Assembly: GCA_004431415.1 (NCBI GenBank)
Contig: QPMI01000674.1
Location: 1-64,000 of the forward strand
Direction of reading: 5' to 3'
From: Cyanophora paradoxa CCMP329
Lineage: Eukaryota > Plantae > Glaucophyta
Length of the DNA stretch: 64,000 nucleotides
Part shown: piece by piece, positions 11,325 to 22,320 of the stretch
Layout: every line of letters begins with the position of its first letter
Numbering within the stretch: the stretch's first letter is position 1
Position numbers and translations under genes: made by a program
The notes under the pieces: model-generated
Database searches by the model: none
What the model saw: the letters and a program-made list of their open reading frames with translations, nothing else
Told to the model about the DNA's origin: nothing

Positions 11325-12871
11325 ATGCCTCTCAAGGTCGTTTTAAGTCTTTCTGGCGGGGGTGCAAGGGGCATTATCATAACCAGGCTGCTAAAAGAAA
11401 TCGAAAATCGAACTGGCAGAGATAATCGATCTTGTGGATCTTGTGAGTGGAACTTCCACTGGTGGGATCATTGCAATAGGTTTGAATATAGGCATCCTGA
11501 TAACCAGGTGAACCTAAACTGACAGCAAACGATTTACACAATATTTACCTAACTCAACTGCCTTGATTTTCGCAAATCCTCGAAATATCATCGAAAATGC
11601 CCTTTTAATACAAAGTATGATGTGGGACCCTTGGAGACTGCAATCAATTCAGTTACTGGTGAATCACTAATACAGGATTCCCTAAAGGACATTGTGATTA
11701 CATCCTTTGATACTCAGAATATGAAACCAATATTTATCACAAATGACAACAATTACAACTTTATGCCTGTAAGATTGCTGCTAGGGCTACTTCTGCTGCT
11801 CCTACATATTTTCTCCTGTAAGCATTGTTGATTTCAATCGGGGAGTATATGTCTGTCTCATTGATGGTGCCATTTCGGGAAACAATAATCCCAGTGTGTG
11901 TGGTTACAGCCATGCAAAGAAGATTTACAGTGATGATGATGATATATAGTAATAAGTATCTCTTGTGGAGAGGTGGACCCACATTTAGAGTCTGATTATG
12001 TGGGTTATGCTTATGAGACTGTGAACAGCTGGGGAATTCTCTCATGGATTGCCTCAACAGATGGAAGCCCATTGATTAACATGCTCATGGCTGCAAGTGA
12101 GCTTTCTGCCCTTGATAAGATGGAGGAGTTGTTACCCTACAACTATGATCAAGATTATGGTAGATACTATAGGCTATCGGTCCCTCTTCCAAACCATATA
12201 GTTAGCTCCCTTGATGACACTTCTAAAATCCCAGATATGCTTTCTTTCACAGAAACCTACATTGCAGCAAACAATGATATGATCAATAAGCTTTGCAGCC
12301 TACTAGTAGCAAACTATGAACTAAAGAACCCTTCAAAGGCTTACATTTCATCCACTCTCACTACATCACCACCTTTGGATGCTAATTGGTATCAGCTTGC
12401 AGATGATGCCTTCACTGCCTCATCCTCTGTGACTGGTAAAGAGCCTTTCATGGCTAGACCTTCAGCATTTGGCTGGGAAGCTGGAGCCTATGCTCCTGAG
12501 CAGATATGGGAAACCCCCACTGAATACCTTCAAGTTGCTTTTCCATATACTTTTGAACTCTCCTCTGTGATTGCCTATGGATCAGGGGACACCAATGCTT
12601 TTATTAAGACTTTCAATGTGGCAACATCCACTGATGGGATCAACTGGTCTTTTATTCGATCAGATGGGCAAAACAAAATATATGTCTGTGAGAACATTAA
12701 CAATGCTCACAACTCTGGTGATGTGGCTCTATTGAGTGGGTTCCCTCTCAGCATCAAGGATGCTTTTTACATAGGTTTTCTCTGAGAATAAGATATATTC
12801 GCATTTATCCCCTTGTGTATGTGAATGCTCCCACAATGAGAGTTGACTTTACAGGTGCCTTTATTCGATAA
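11325..12871 (+). CDS. Patatin-like phospholipase with C-terminal F5/8 (discoidin)-like domain, frameshifted
   Basis: LSGGGARG, GTSTGG, RATSAAPTYF, IDGA; C-terminal EYLQVAFP...IKTFNVATSTDGINW...MRVDFTG. Orthologous to intact 40519-42012. Confidence 0.85.
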
Positions 12872-13787
12872 ACTCCAACTGAAAAGAATTATCGATTCCA
12901 TTCATATCAATCAGTTCACCAAAGTAATCTTTAAACTCCACAGTGAGTTCCCTTATCACCAGGTTTCTGTCATTGATTTGAATAAATTCTGCATGTTCAC
13001 CACTATGGTAAACATAGCCCCCTATATCTTTACTCAATTGCAATCTAAGGATAGCTCCCTGGTTTTGTGGTTGCGATTTTGGAATTATATTGTGTCTGCT
13101 GGCAAAGGGGACAGCTCTTTAATATGCATGTACAGATACTGCTCAGCATTCATATCAGACATCTTCCTGCTGTCAAAATAATATTGCAAGGGCTTAGAGG
13201 AGAGTCTGGGTCCTGAGAAGGTGATTCCCATGCTGGGTGATCAGGTGTAATAGGTTTGCCATCATACTTTAAAAGGTTCTCAGGTCGATAGGGAGATCCA
13301 CCAACAGGAGGAGTGCTATAATACCCAGTGGTGTATTCAGTAGAACTACACCCAAAAGCTTCCTATTCTCTGGTTGCTTGCAATAAAACGAAACTCATGG
13401 TTACTGTAAAACTCCACTTTATAGGTAGTTGGGTTATAGAATATCTTGAACTCAAAAGCTACTGTTTTGCCTGCAATGTTTGGAAGCTTGAATAGTTCAG
13501 CCCATAATTATAAGGGTGTGTTACCCCAAAATGACCCTGATTGATGTAGCCACTGGGAAGGGGATACACTTGTTGTGTGATCACTTGGTTATATGAACCA
13601 TCTTGGTAATTAAACTGAACTGTTAGATGATCAGTTCCCACACTGTTATAGATCTGTTTGGAATCTCTGCATATAGAACCCTGCATTCCCTTGGTCTCTC
13701 TACTGGAGTTGTGAGGGTGACCCTGTAAGAGTTTTCATTTTGTCCTTGGCTTCTATCCCTGCTATCAATATTAACGAGCCGGTTCAT
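12861..13787 (-). CDS. Minor capsid (penton)-like protein 2, frameshifted
   Basis: MNRLVNIDSRDRSQ...RVLYAEIPN at the N-terminus; C-terminal LTVEFKDYFGELIDMNGIDNSFQLEF matches the penton C-terminal motif of 39667-40512. Confidence 0.75.
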
Positions 13788-13816
13788 TTTAATATATAAA
13801 TATAGATAAAAGAAGA

Positions 13817-14827
13817 ATGCCTGTGGATTACATCGAGGTTAGCTCATTTAATACAATCTCTGGTGATGGTCCCACATCAAGCTTTGTGGCTAGACTCCCC
13901 AGTAGTTATGAGAATGTGAGGGCTGTGAGACTGGTCTCAGCCGAATTTTATAACAGTATCCCTATGGTGAGTGGTGAAACCAAAGCAGGAGATGTGACAG
14001 TTGACAATGCATTTAGCATTTATTATTCTGAACAAACTCCTGGAGCTGGAAGCTCAGGAATTCCAACAGTTCGCCCAGCTGCTGACTATGAACAATGGAA
14101 ACAATTCATTATAAGTCGAAACACCCCCATCCAAAGCCACCAGCAACTGGTGAATGTAATTAACTCTAAATTCGAAGGCAGAAATCCCCAACCATCCATT
14201 CGCTGCAAATGGGATGAATCACTGAAACGAATTATATTCCACTCAGCAGTACCATTTTACTTGGCTTTCTCAGTAGCTGTGAACCCAAGCCAACAAACAA
14301 TCCAAAAGCTGTTGAGTTCAGCTAGACTGCTGGGTCTTGATCCTGGAAGATATGGTAACTCCCCAATCCAATCACAGGTCTATGATGCTCTCACTGATGG
14401 AATCTTTACTGGTGGTCGCGTGAATGGCATTATATCTTCTTTTGAGCCTGAGAAGACCAGGGACAGTGTTTTGTTTGTGAGAGTAAAGGAGCTGGGTGAT
14501 CTGGTGCAATGTGGGGATGGTCTTCTGACTGGTTACTTTCACAAAATAGTGGTCCCTGATAAAGACTATGGTGAGCATGTTGTTTACAATTCAACAGAAG
14601 CTCACCCACTTTACAAATACTATAATAAAAAGGTTGGATTATCCACTTTCTCGGTTGATATTGTAAATGCTATTAATGAACCAATTGATTTTGAGGGTCA
14701 ACCTGTTCATCTTACCTTTGAAATTCGCTATGGTGATGAGCCAGCTGGGGACCCAGTTTATGAATACTTCAAGATGCGAATGTCACAGCTTCACCCTTCC
14801 TATCCAGTTATTACAAACTTCGCATAA
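13817..14827 (+). CDS. Minor capsid (penton)-like protein 1
   Basis: Intact 336 aa; ARLPSSYENVRAVRLVSAEF and IDFEGQPVHLTFEI, the single-jelly-roll penton pattern of PLVs and NCLDVs. Confidence 0.8.
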   Translation: MPVDYIEVSSFNTISGDGPTSSFVARLPSSYENVRAVRLVSAEFYNSIPMVSGETKAGDVTVDNAFSIYYSEQTPGAGSSGIPTVRPAADYEQWKQFIISRNTPIQSHQQLVNVINSKFEGRNPQPSIRCKWDESLKRIIFHSAVPFYLAFSVAVNPSQQTIQKLLSSARLLGLDPGRYGNSPIQSQVYDALTDGIFTGGRVNGIISSFEPEKTRDSVLFVRVKELGDLVQCGDGLLTGYFHKIVVPDKDYGEHVVYNSTEAHPLYKYYNKKVGLSTFSVDIVNAINEPIDFEGQPVHLTFEIRYGDEPAGDPVYEYFKMRMSQLHPSYPVITNFA

Positions 14828-14880
14828 ATTAAGGATCATTGGTAGATTTTTTATGTTGCAGTATAATAAAAGAGAATATA

Positions 14881-16246
14881 ATGGATATCACTTCCACTCT
14901 TCAAAGACTTTCGCTGAAAGAAGCCCTAACAACCCCAGAAGAGGCGAAAGCCTTTTTCCTGGATAACTCCCTTATGCTTGGTCTCGAATCCAAATCTAAG
15001 CCAGTTCTAGTTGTTGTGAATCCCAGCAATACTTTTGAGAATAATGTTGGAAATCGCATTTCCTTCAAGCTACCTCGCTACAATTTCTGTGGAAAACTCG
15101 AACTTGCTTTCGACCTTCCAGCCATCACGTTTGCTGGTGATACTGACCTAGTTCGCAATGGATACACTCGCCCAGTTGGTGCTTTAGTTCAGCGACTTGA
15201 AATTACCTATGGATCTTACACCTACCATATTCCATCTGATTTCCTTGCTCATTTCCCCTGGTCTATTATTCGGAGGATCAACTAGCTAAAAAGAAGCGAT
15301 CAATGGGCATGGTTCATGGCATCCCTGCTCATGGAACCAACCGCCTTGGTGGCTCATTCTTTGTTGAAATCCCTGTGCCTTGGCTAAATCACTACCTTCC
15401 CCTTGGTGCTTTATCTGGTGAAATGGTTGTTACTGTTTGGTTTAAGGATGCTGGAAAGGGTTATGTTGAAACTTCCTATGGTGGTCGCTCTCTCCCTGTT
15501 GTTGGTGGGACAGTTGCTGATAAGACAGAAGATGATGGTCTTGGTGATACTGCTAATGCCACACTTGCCCATGTTGGTCAAAATATCACAACTTTCAGTC
15601 TTGGTGCAACAACTCCTGTTATTTCTATTACTTCTCCTCGCCTTTACATGCATGCTATTAATGTTTCTGATGAGCTTTTCGCTACTGTCATTGAAAAGGT
15701 TAAGACAACTGGCATGGCTATTCCCTCCCTTGATATTGGATTTGTAGATGCTAGTGCTTTCCCTGCCAAGGGCAATGCCCAACCCAATCGAATTAACCTC
15801 TCTCAAATCTCAGGTCTTGTATATGCTCTGCTTGTTTCAGTTCGTGATCATGAAACTGTTGACAAATCCAATGGCTCCCACAGTGTTCTTAAGACCTATG
15901 CCAACTCCAAAGACATAACATTTACAACTGAAATAAATGGTCAGCGACTTTTTGCCACTGAGCCAATTTCCCTACTCAAAGGTGCTGAGCTAATTGCTGA
16001 TGCCTTCAAATGCTCTAACATGGATAAGGTTGCTGATCGCTATGTCCTTCAGGACTCCATTCTGCTTGATGGAGAAAAGGCAATTCGAAATATTGCCCAG
16101 TCTGGTTATGTTGATTTAACAAATTCCTCTCTTCCTTCCTCACCCTCTACATGCCCTCAGATAAGGTAATCGATGTTAATGTTCGCGCTCTCATGCATAG
16201 CTTTATTATTGTCGACAAAGATGGTTTACGCAGAATTAATTTATAG
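14881..16246 (+). CDS. Major capsid protein (double jelly-roll, NCLDV-like), frameshifted
   Basis: ORFs 14839-15285 and 15303-16169 plus tail (DKDGLRRINL*). Aligns by eye with intact 37363-38676. Confidence 0.82.
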
Positions 16247-16311
16247 ATTGTTACGATTTTCAGTCTCCCTGCATTATTTTTATATGTCTTTATTAAGAAA
16301 GATATACAACA

Positions 16312-17090
16312 ATGACTGATTTGGATGAATTTGTGGCTGGTGAAATGATAGAACCACCATTTCGAGTCCTAGCAATTGGGAAATCAGCAACTGGTAAATC
16401 AGAAGCTGTAAAATATTGGTTGAAGCAGTTGCATGATGCCAAAAAGATTGATGTTGTATTAGTTGTGAGTGGAACCAGCTTCAATCATTTCTGGGATAAA
16501 GTTGCAACATTGCAACTGGGAAAATGGGATGCCCCTTACATTGCTAAATTGCTAGATGAAAGGCAAGAGAAAATAGAAAAGGTGAACCTGTTAACCAGTT
16601 ATGTGTGGTTCTAGATGATTTAATCGATAATGAGATTGTAGACTAACTCGTGATAAAATTATGGCTCTCTGTATTCCAGAGGTCGCCATTCGAAAATATC
16701 CATTATCTGCATCACACAAAAGCTAAGGAAAGTCTCTTCGACTATTCGAGTTAATTCGGACTATGCTATGTTTTTAAGTGCTGCAAATCGCAAAGAACTG
16801 GAAGCCATAGAGGAAGAATACAATATAATGCGAAATAAAGAGGATTTTACAAGATGTTTGAAGAGTATGTTCACTCCTATCAGTATATTATTTGGTCCTC
16901 TGCAAACTACTCAGTTAAATACTATGTAGATAAAGCTGAGCTTGTGAAAGATTTCCCATTTCCTCGCTTCCACAGAAAGCCAAAAAAGAAAGAAGATGAA
17001 CTGAAACCACCAGAGAAAGAGGAAGCCCCCAAAGAAGTGAAAAGCCAAGTCCATAGCAATAAATTGATGCGATATAAACGCGGTTTATAA
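16312..17090 (+). CDS. A32-like packaging ATPase, frameshifted
   Basis: GKSATGKS, VVLDDL, GRH, ITQKLRKVSSTIRVNSDY. Confidence 0.88.
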
Positions 17091-17118
17091 AATTATCTCT
17101 CATTCTAATAAAGATACA

Positions 17119-17853
17119 ATGCCTCCCAAACGAAAGATAGGGATCCCAGCTGGGGCTGTTGGCTATTCAGGTGGTGGAAACAATGGATCCATTAACACAG
17201 ACCCACTGAAATTCAATGGTATGAATGAAGTGAAGCCCTCTCAACAACAAGAAGACCCCCTCAATGCTGCCTATGAGGAATCATTTGATGACAAAGCCCC
17301 ACAGGCTTCAACCAGTGACCAACTCAACATTTCACCTGAAGCCTCAAAGATGAAGGCTGTTGCTGAGGGAGCCAGGCGAATTATTGGTGCTGCTGATGAT
17401 AAAGGTTTAGGCTTGCAAGATCTATCACTGGCTCGCAAAGGTGAGGGTCTTAGTAAGGAATCAGACAAGGTAATTCAGTCTATGGCTGGTGAAGTCACAT
17501 ACAAGACTGCTCCCACTCAAAATATTCATCGAATTCCCAAGGCTCAATGGGATGAGATGACTGCTAAACTCAAAGATCTGGAAGCCAAATCAAGTGCCTT
17601 GGAGCAGTATGTTACTGAGAAGAAAGAGAGAGCCAAGCTAAAGGAGATGCTTCGAAAGGAAGTTTATAAAATGGGCATTACTGGTGTCCCAGATAAACAG
17701 TTTATTGCTAAGAAAGAGACCCAAATCGATGAGCAGGCAGTAGATGAAATGAAAACAAAGACCCAGAAGGGAACCATTGAACCTGGTGCCACTAAAGCTG
17801 AAGTAGAAAAGGGAGTAGCTCCCACAGTATATAAAAGACGAGTTTGGCTTTAA
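17119..17853 (+). CDS. Hypothetical charged/coiled-coil viral protein
   Basis: Intact 244 aa; conserved in A with mostly synonymous differences; syntenic with 35760-36443 (both have a K(L/V)(K/R)DLE.K coiled coil). Confidence 0.75.
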   Translation: MPPKRKIGIPAGAVGYSGGGNNGSINTDPLKFNGMNEVKPSQQQEDPLNAAYEESFDDKAPQASTSDQLNISPEASKMKAVAEGARRIIGAADDKGLGLQDLSLARKGEGLSKESDKVIQSMAGEVTYKTAPTQNIHRIPKAQWDEMTAKLKDLEAKSSALEQYVTEKKERAKLKEMLRKEVYKMGITGVPDKQFIAKKETQIDEQAVDEMKTKTQKGTIEPGATKAEVEKGVAPTVYKRRVWL

Positions 17854-17875
17854 TTATCTCTGTTTTATTAGAGAC

Positions 17876-18148
17876 ATGGATATAATACGAAAGTTTTTCG
17901 AGATGTTCAGTCTGCATGTGGTGAGCAATTGCCACAGTGGATGCTGTGAGACAAGAGTGGAGTTTGAGATGTCAGATACTGAGGATAATGCCTCAGAAGC
18001 AAGAGAGAGAAGGAGGTCTACGATTTCTGTGGAGTCAATGCCAGCAGACCCCACAGAGTATACATATGAGCAACAGGAGTATCCAAGGAGAAGTTCTTTA
18101 CCAGGCGAAAACGTTTTCTCAGCAAATATTAATGGAGGATACAATTAG
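17876..18148 (+). CDS. Small Cys/His-motif protein
   Basis: FEMFSLHVVSNCHSGCCETRVE is homologous to 35142-35555 (IEMFHLHFTSTCHNSCCDTTVE); both also contain RRxS motifs and a C-terminal NG(G)Y. Confidence 0.75.
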   Translation: MDIIRKFFEMFSLHVVSNCHSGCCETRVEFEMSDTEDNASEARERRRSTISVESMPADPTEYTYEQQEYPRRSSLPGENVFSANINGGYN

Positions 18149-18377
18149 TTTGATCGAGTTTACTAGTGATGAGCCTTTAACTGAGGGTGCTATTAGACAC
18201 ATTCTAGCAAAGCAGAAACGATATAGAGAGGACCCAGCATATAGAGAGTATAAGAAACAACAAGCCCTGGCATCCTATTATCGCAGAAAAGCCCAAAAAG
18301 AGGAGCAGAGACCCAGAGGGAGACCGATTAAATATTATTTGCCTACTGATAGTAGCAATGGACCCACAGGTCTATAA
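18132..18377 (+). CDS. Small basic protein with RGRP AT-hook
   Basis: Probable start MEDTISL at 18132 (by paralogy to 5703); PRGRPIKY. Confidence 0.7.
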   Translation: MEDTISLIEFTSDEPLTEGAIRHILAKQKRYREDPAYREYKKQQALASYYRRKAQKEEQRPRGRPIKYYLPTDSSNGPTGL

Positions 18378-18529
18378 GATACTTGAGAAAAAGCGGTCTC
18401 AGTATGCTACTGAGGCAGCTATTAAAGTTTACAGACAGGAACTGGTGTTCGCAACAAAAAATGACTTAAAGAAAAAGTAGATAGGTTGTATTGAGGAAAA
18501 ATTATTTTCGTATCTACTATTAAAGAGAA

Positions 18530-18856
18530 ATGCCGAATATCCGCAAGATACTCACAGATGATGAAAAAGCAGAGAAGCTGAGACTGAAAAGGGAGCAAGA
18601 TGCCCAAAGAAAACGCGAAGCCTATCATAAAAAGAAGGAGGAACGATTATCCCAAGGAGCCGCTACAGTTCACACACCAGAAGAACTCAAAAAGATTGCC
18701 CTCAGACACCAGAGGAAATACAGGGAAAATGAAGAATATCGCGAACAGAAAAAGGCGAAAGCGCTGGAATACTACCACAAGAAAAAAGACGAACTACCCA
18801 AGACAACCAAAGAGCATAAACCGGTTGGAAGACCTCGGAAATATATCGAAGAATAA
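18530..18856 (+). CDS. Basic DNA-binding protein (AT-hook GRPRK)
   Basis: EKAEKLRLKREQDAQRKR...TPEELKKIA...GRPRKY; clear ortholog of 34604-35017. Confidence 0.8.
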   Translation: MPNIRKILTDDEKAEKLRLKREQDAQRKREAYHKKKEERLSQGAATVHTPEELKKIALRHQRKYRENEEYREQKKAKALEYYHKKKDELPKTTKEHKPVGRPRKYIEE

Positions 18857-19073
18857 ATTCTCGATCGAAACAAATTTTGTAGAAATCGATTTGATCGGAG
18901 GCAAAAAAATGACAGCTTTCTTCCCTCTTTTTTAAAACTGTACCTATATATCGAGACAGTATCCCGACCCAAAACTACTTAAGGACTTGGCAAATAATAG
19001 GATATATATAAAAGACAATTCCTCCTTCCGAAATTATTTTCTTCGTTAAAGGTAGAAGTCCCCAAAATCGAAA

Positions 19074-21667
19074 ATGAACAAAATCGAGAAATTCGCCACC
19101 CCTGTTGAAAATGCTACATTCCTTAGTACTCTCATTGGTGATCGCAACAAGGTCACCCATGTATTTGATTCTGCCGAAGATGCCCTTGAAGCCATTGATA
19201 ATAGCAAGGTTAAGACCTGGGCTGAATGCATTCAACCTGAGCAAGTGACCAGAGTTTACCTGGACCTGGATAAATTCGCTGATTTGAAGGAGAACATTGC
19301 TGATAACTATGCTGAGGCGGAAACTGTTGTAAGAGAGATGAGAGATAAGCTATGGAAGCGATCTGGTACCACTTCTATTAACGATATTGCTGTTGCAGTT
19401 CGCCATAGAAGGGTTTATTTGATTAAGGAGGATGTCACCAAGTTCAAGATTTCAGCCCACTTTATTATTAAATCGCTTGCATGCAAACATGAAGATATCC
19501 CAAGCTTTTCAAAGCGATGGGATTGGTGAAAAATGAGGATTATGACAGTGGAGTTTACAGCTCCACACAGAACCTAATCTGCCTCAATTGCTGCAAAGGT
19601 GAGACTCTGGATGCTCAAAATAAGTCGAAAAAAGATGTTGATAAAAACGTTTGCTTTAAGAAATTCGTTGACTGTGACAAAGTGTTAATGCGAAATGAGG
19701 ACTTCTTTGTATCTTACTTCTCAGCTACTACTAAACTTGTGGATGAATCAAATATTTCTGCATTTGCAAATTATACTCCTGAGCCAAAACCAGTTAAAAA
19801 GGAGCCAAAAAGTGATAAAGTGAAGACTGAGAAGGTAGAAGCTGAAAAAGACACTGAACCCGAAAATCCTGTTACTTTCGAACTGCTACAAAGTGTTATA
19901 ATGGGTCTCAATGCTGAAAGAGCCAGCGAGTATAAGACTTGGATTGATGTTGGACTGGTCATCATCAATGTTGGGGAAGACAACAAATTTACCCCTAAAA
20001 TGCAGGCTGAACTCTTCCACCAATTCTCAGAACAGAGTGACAAGTATGATTATGATGAATGCCAGGAAAAGTTTACACAGCTTCGCAGAAGCAAGAAGAA
20101 GGCTGAGCCTGGCAAAGTGTTGACCTTCAAATCCTTGGTTTATTGGTTGAGCAAAGATAACAATGAGCTTTTCAAGGAACTCTTCCCCAAAAAGTATGCA
20201 TTCCTACCAGAGGACACAGATGAAATCGATTACAAGACTGCAAGTATCCCTCCTTTGGCTGAACATTACAATGTGCATAAGAGGTATTTCAATGCTCGCA
20301 TGCATCATGTTGAAAATGTTGGTTGTGTGATGCTCTGGGATGAACAACTACTTTGCTGGATGCCCAAAGACATTGGAAAACTGTCTACAAAGCATTTCCC
20401 CCACTTGATGCATAAGGTGATTGTGAATGAGGGGACAGATAATGAGAAAGAGAAATGGGAGCAATCATTTAGGAAATGGATTGTGGATCCAACAGCCACA
20501 AGATCAACTTACATGGATTTCCTCCCACCTCCTGCTACTCTCAGTGCAAAATGCAAGTCTGTATTTAATCTCTATCCAGGAATGAAGGTCGACCATCAGC
20601 AATTCGAAAATGCTCCAGAGGATGTAACTGCTGAGATGATTAAGCCTTTCCTTGATCACTTGTTCTTAATGTCTGGTGAGGATCAAAATACCTATGAATA
20701 TCTGTTGAAATGGTTTGCCCACATGCTGCAAAAGCCTGGGGAACTCAATGGAGTATCCTTAATCTTCATTGGTGAACAGGGAACTGGTAAGAATGTGTTG
20801 GTTGATACTTTCCAAAAGAAGATACTTGGAGATGCCCTGAGTTATGCAACTGGTAAGCCAAAAGAGGATCTGTTTGGTCGATTTGCCCACAATAGAGAGG
20901 ATAAGATCTTGATTGTTGTGAATGAAGCCTCAGGCAAGGACACATTCGAAAATAATGATATGCTTAAAGATCTCATTACTTCTGATAAGATTGTTATTGA
21001 ACACAAAGGGATAGATTCATACACAAAAAGCAACTTTGCCAGGATTATATTCACCAGCAATAACAACATTCCAGTTAAAATTGAAGCTGGAGATAGGCGA
21101 TTTGTGGTTGTTGAAGTTAGTAAGAAATTCGCAAAGGATAGGTCATACTTCCTTCCACTTGTAAAATGGCTTAATGATCACTGCAATATTCGAAACATTG
21201 CCCACTATTTGAGAACCAAAGTTGAATGTGAGGATGTGAACTGGATTGCTGATAGACCCCTTACAAATAAATACTATTTAGCCCAGCAGGTGTGCGCTCC
21301 AATCATCCTTATGTTCACTAAGTGGCTTGTGGATCGAGGCTTAATTTCCGAGAATAAATGCAAGTCTGGTAGCCTTGTGGAAACCTGGAAATGGTTCCAG
21401 GAGTTCATTACCAGCAATAAATATAAAAACGATTATAATAGTCGCAGATATTATACAGAAATGCGAAGTGTTACATATATCCAAGTGAAAACTACAAATG
21501 GCAAACAATACTATCATTTCCTATTCCCACAAGTATTTGAGGAATTCAGAAAGATGAAGCTTGTAGATGATGAGACTATTGAGGAAGAAGCTAATCCAAG
21601 GATGAAACAGGACCTACCTGCTGCTGATCCTGATGCATCAGATTATGATTCTGATGTTGAAGTTTAG
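19074..21667 (+). CDS. AEP primase - PriCT-2 - SF3 (D5-like) helicase, one frameshift near 19510
   Basis: AEP motifs RVYLDLD, SAHF, YDSGVY; PriCT-2-like YKTWIDVG...FSEQSDKYD; SF3 Walker A GEQGTGKN, Walker B IVVNE, sensor IFTSNN. Confidence 0.9.
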
Positions 21668-21678
21668 GTTTAGCCAAA

Positions 21679-21859
21679 GGTGGACTCACAGTTGACTCAA
21701 ATTTATCATAAAAGACCCAAACAGTCTTTTATTTATGGTTTATTTATCGATTAGGTTGACTAAGTGGGGGGAGTTGACTCATTTTTTCACAGATTCTAAA
21801 AAAGGACTCTGCCCTAAAAAGAAATAAAAAGTGCCTCAACTCCACCCACTAAGTCAACC
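21679..21859. promoter_or_regulatory. Palindromic GTTGACT iteron/stem-loop, candidate replication origin
   Basis: Arms ggttgactaagtggggggagttga (from 21754) and tcaactccacccactaagtcaacc (to 21859) flank an AT-rich spacer directly after the helicase stop. Extra GT(G/T)GACTCA units lie upstream. Confidence 0.6.
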
Positions 21860-21910
21860 AAAAAATGATTTAAGAGATAGAAAAATATATTTATATGTAA
21901 CTAGTAAGAA

Positions 21911-22261
21911 ATGGCTGGAACAGATCATGATTCTGGATCGATCTATATGATTGAGAGTCAGGAAATGAACAAAGTCTACATAGGAAGAACCTCACAGCCA
22001 CTTCAAAAAAGATGGAGACAACACAAATCAGGTCAAATGCCATCTACAGCAGACCTATGCAAGGCTTCTGATGTGAAGTTCTCAGTCCTGTATTCAAGTA
22101 AGAAGGGTGGGCATGAAGACCTAATGAACAGAGAAGCATATTACATGTATCTCTTTGAACCTTGGATAGTCAATTTACAAAAACCGAAATCCCGATTTAG
22201 GATTAATAGGTTTTTGCGATTCCATTCAGAGGAAGCCAGTGGATCCATTAAAACATTTTAA
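21911..22261 (+). CDS. GIY-YIG endonuclease
   Basis: GSIYMIES...VYIGRT...KRWRQHK...REAYY. Confidence 0.85.
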   Translation: MAGTDHDSGSIYMIESQEMNKVYIGRTSQPLQKRWRQHKSGQMPSTADLCKASDVKFSVLYSSKKGGHEDLMNREAYYMYLFEPWIVNLQKPKSRFRINRFLRFHSEEASGSIKTF

Positions 22262-22320
22262 ATTGCGTTTAGAACATCCTAAAATAAAATATCCCTTAGA
22301 ATAGGAACAAGTTAGGAATA

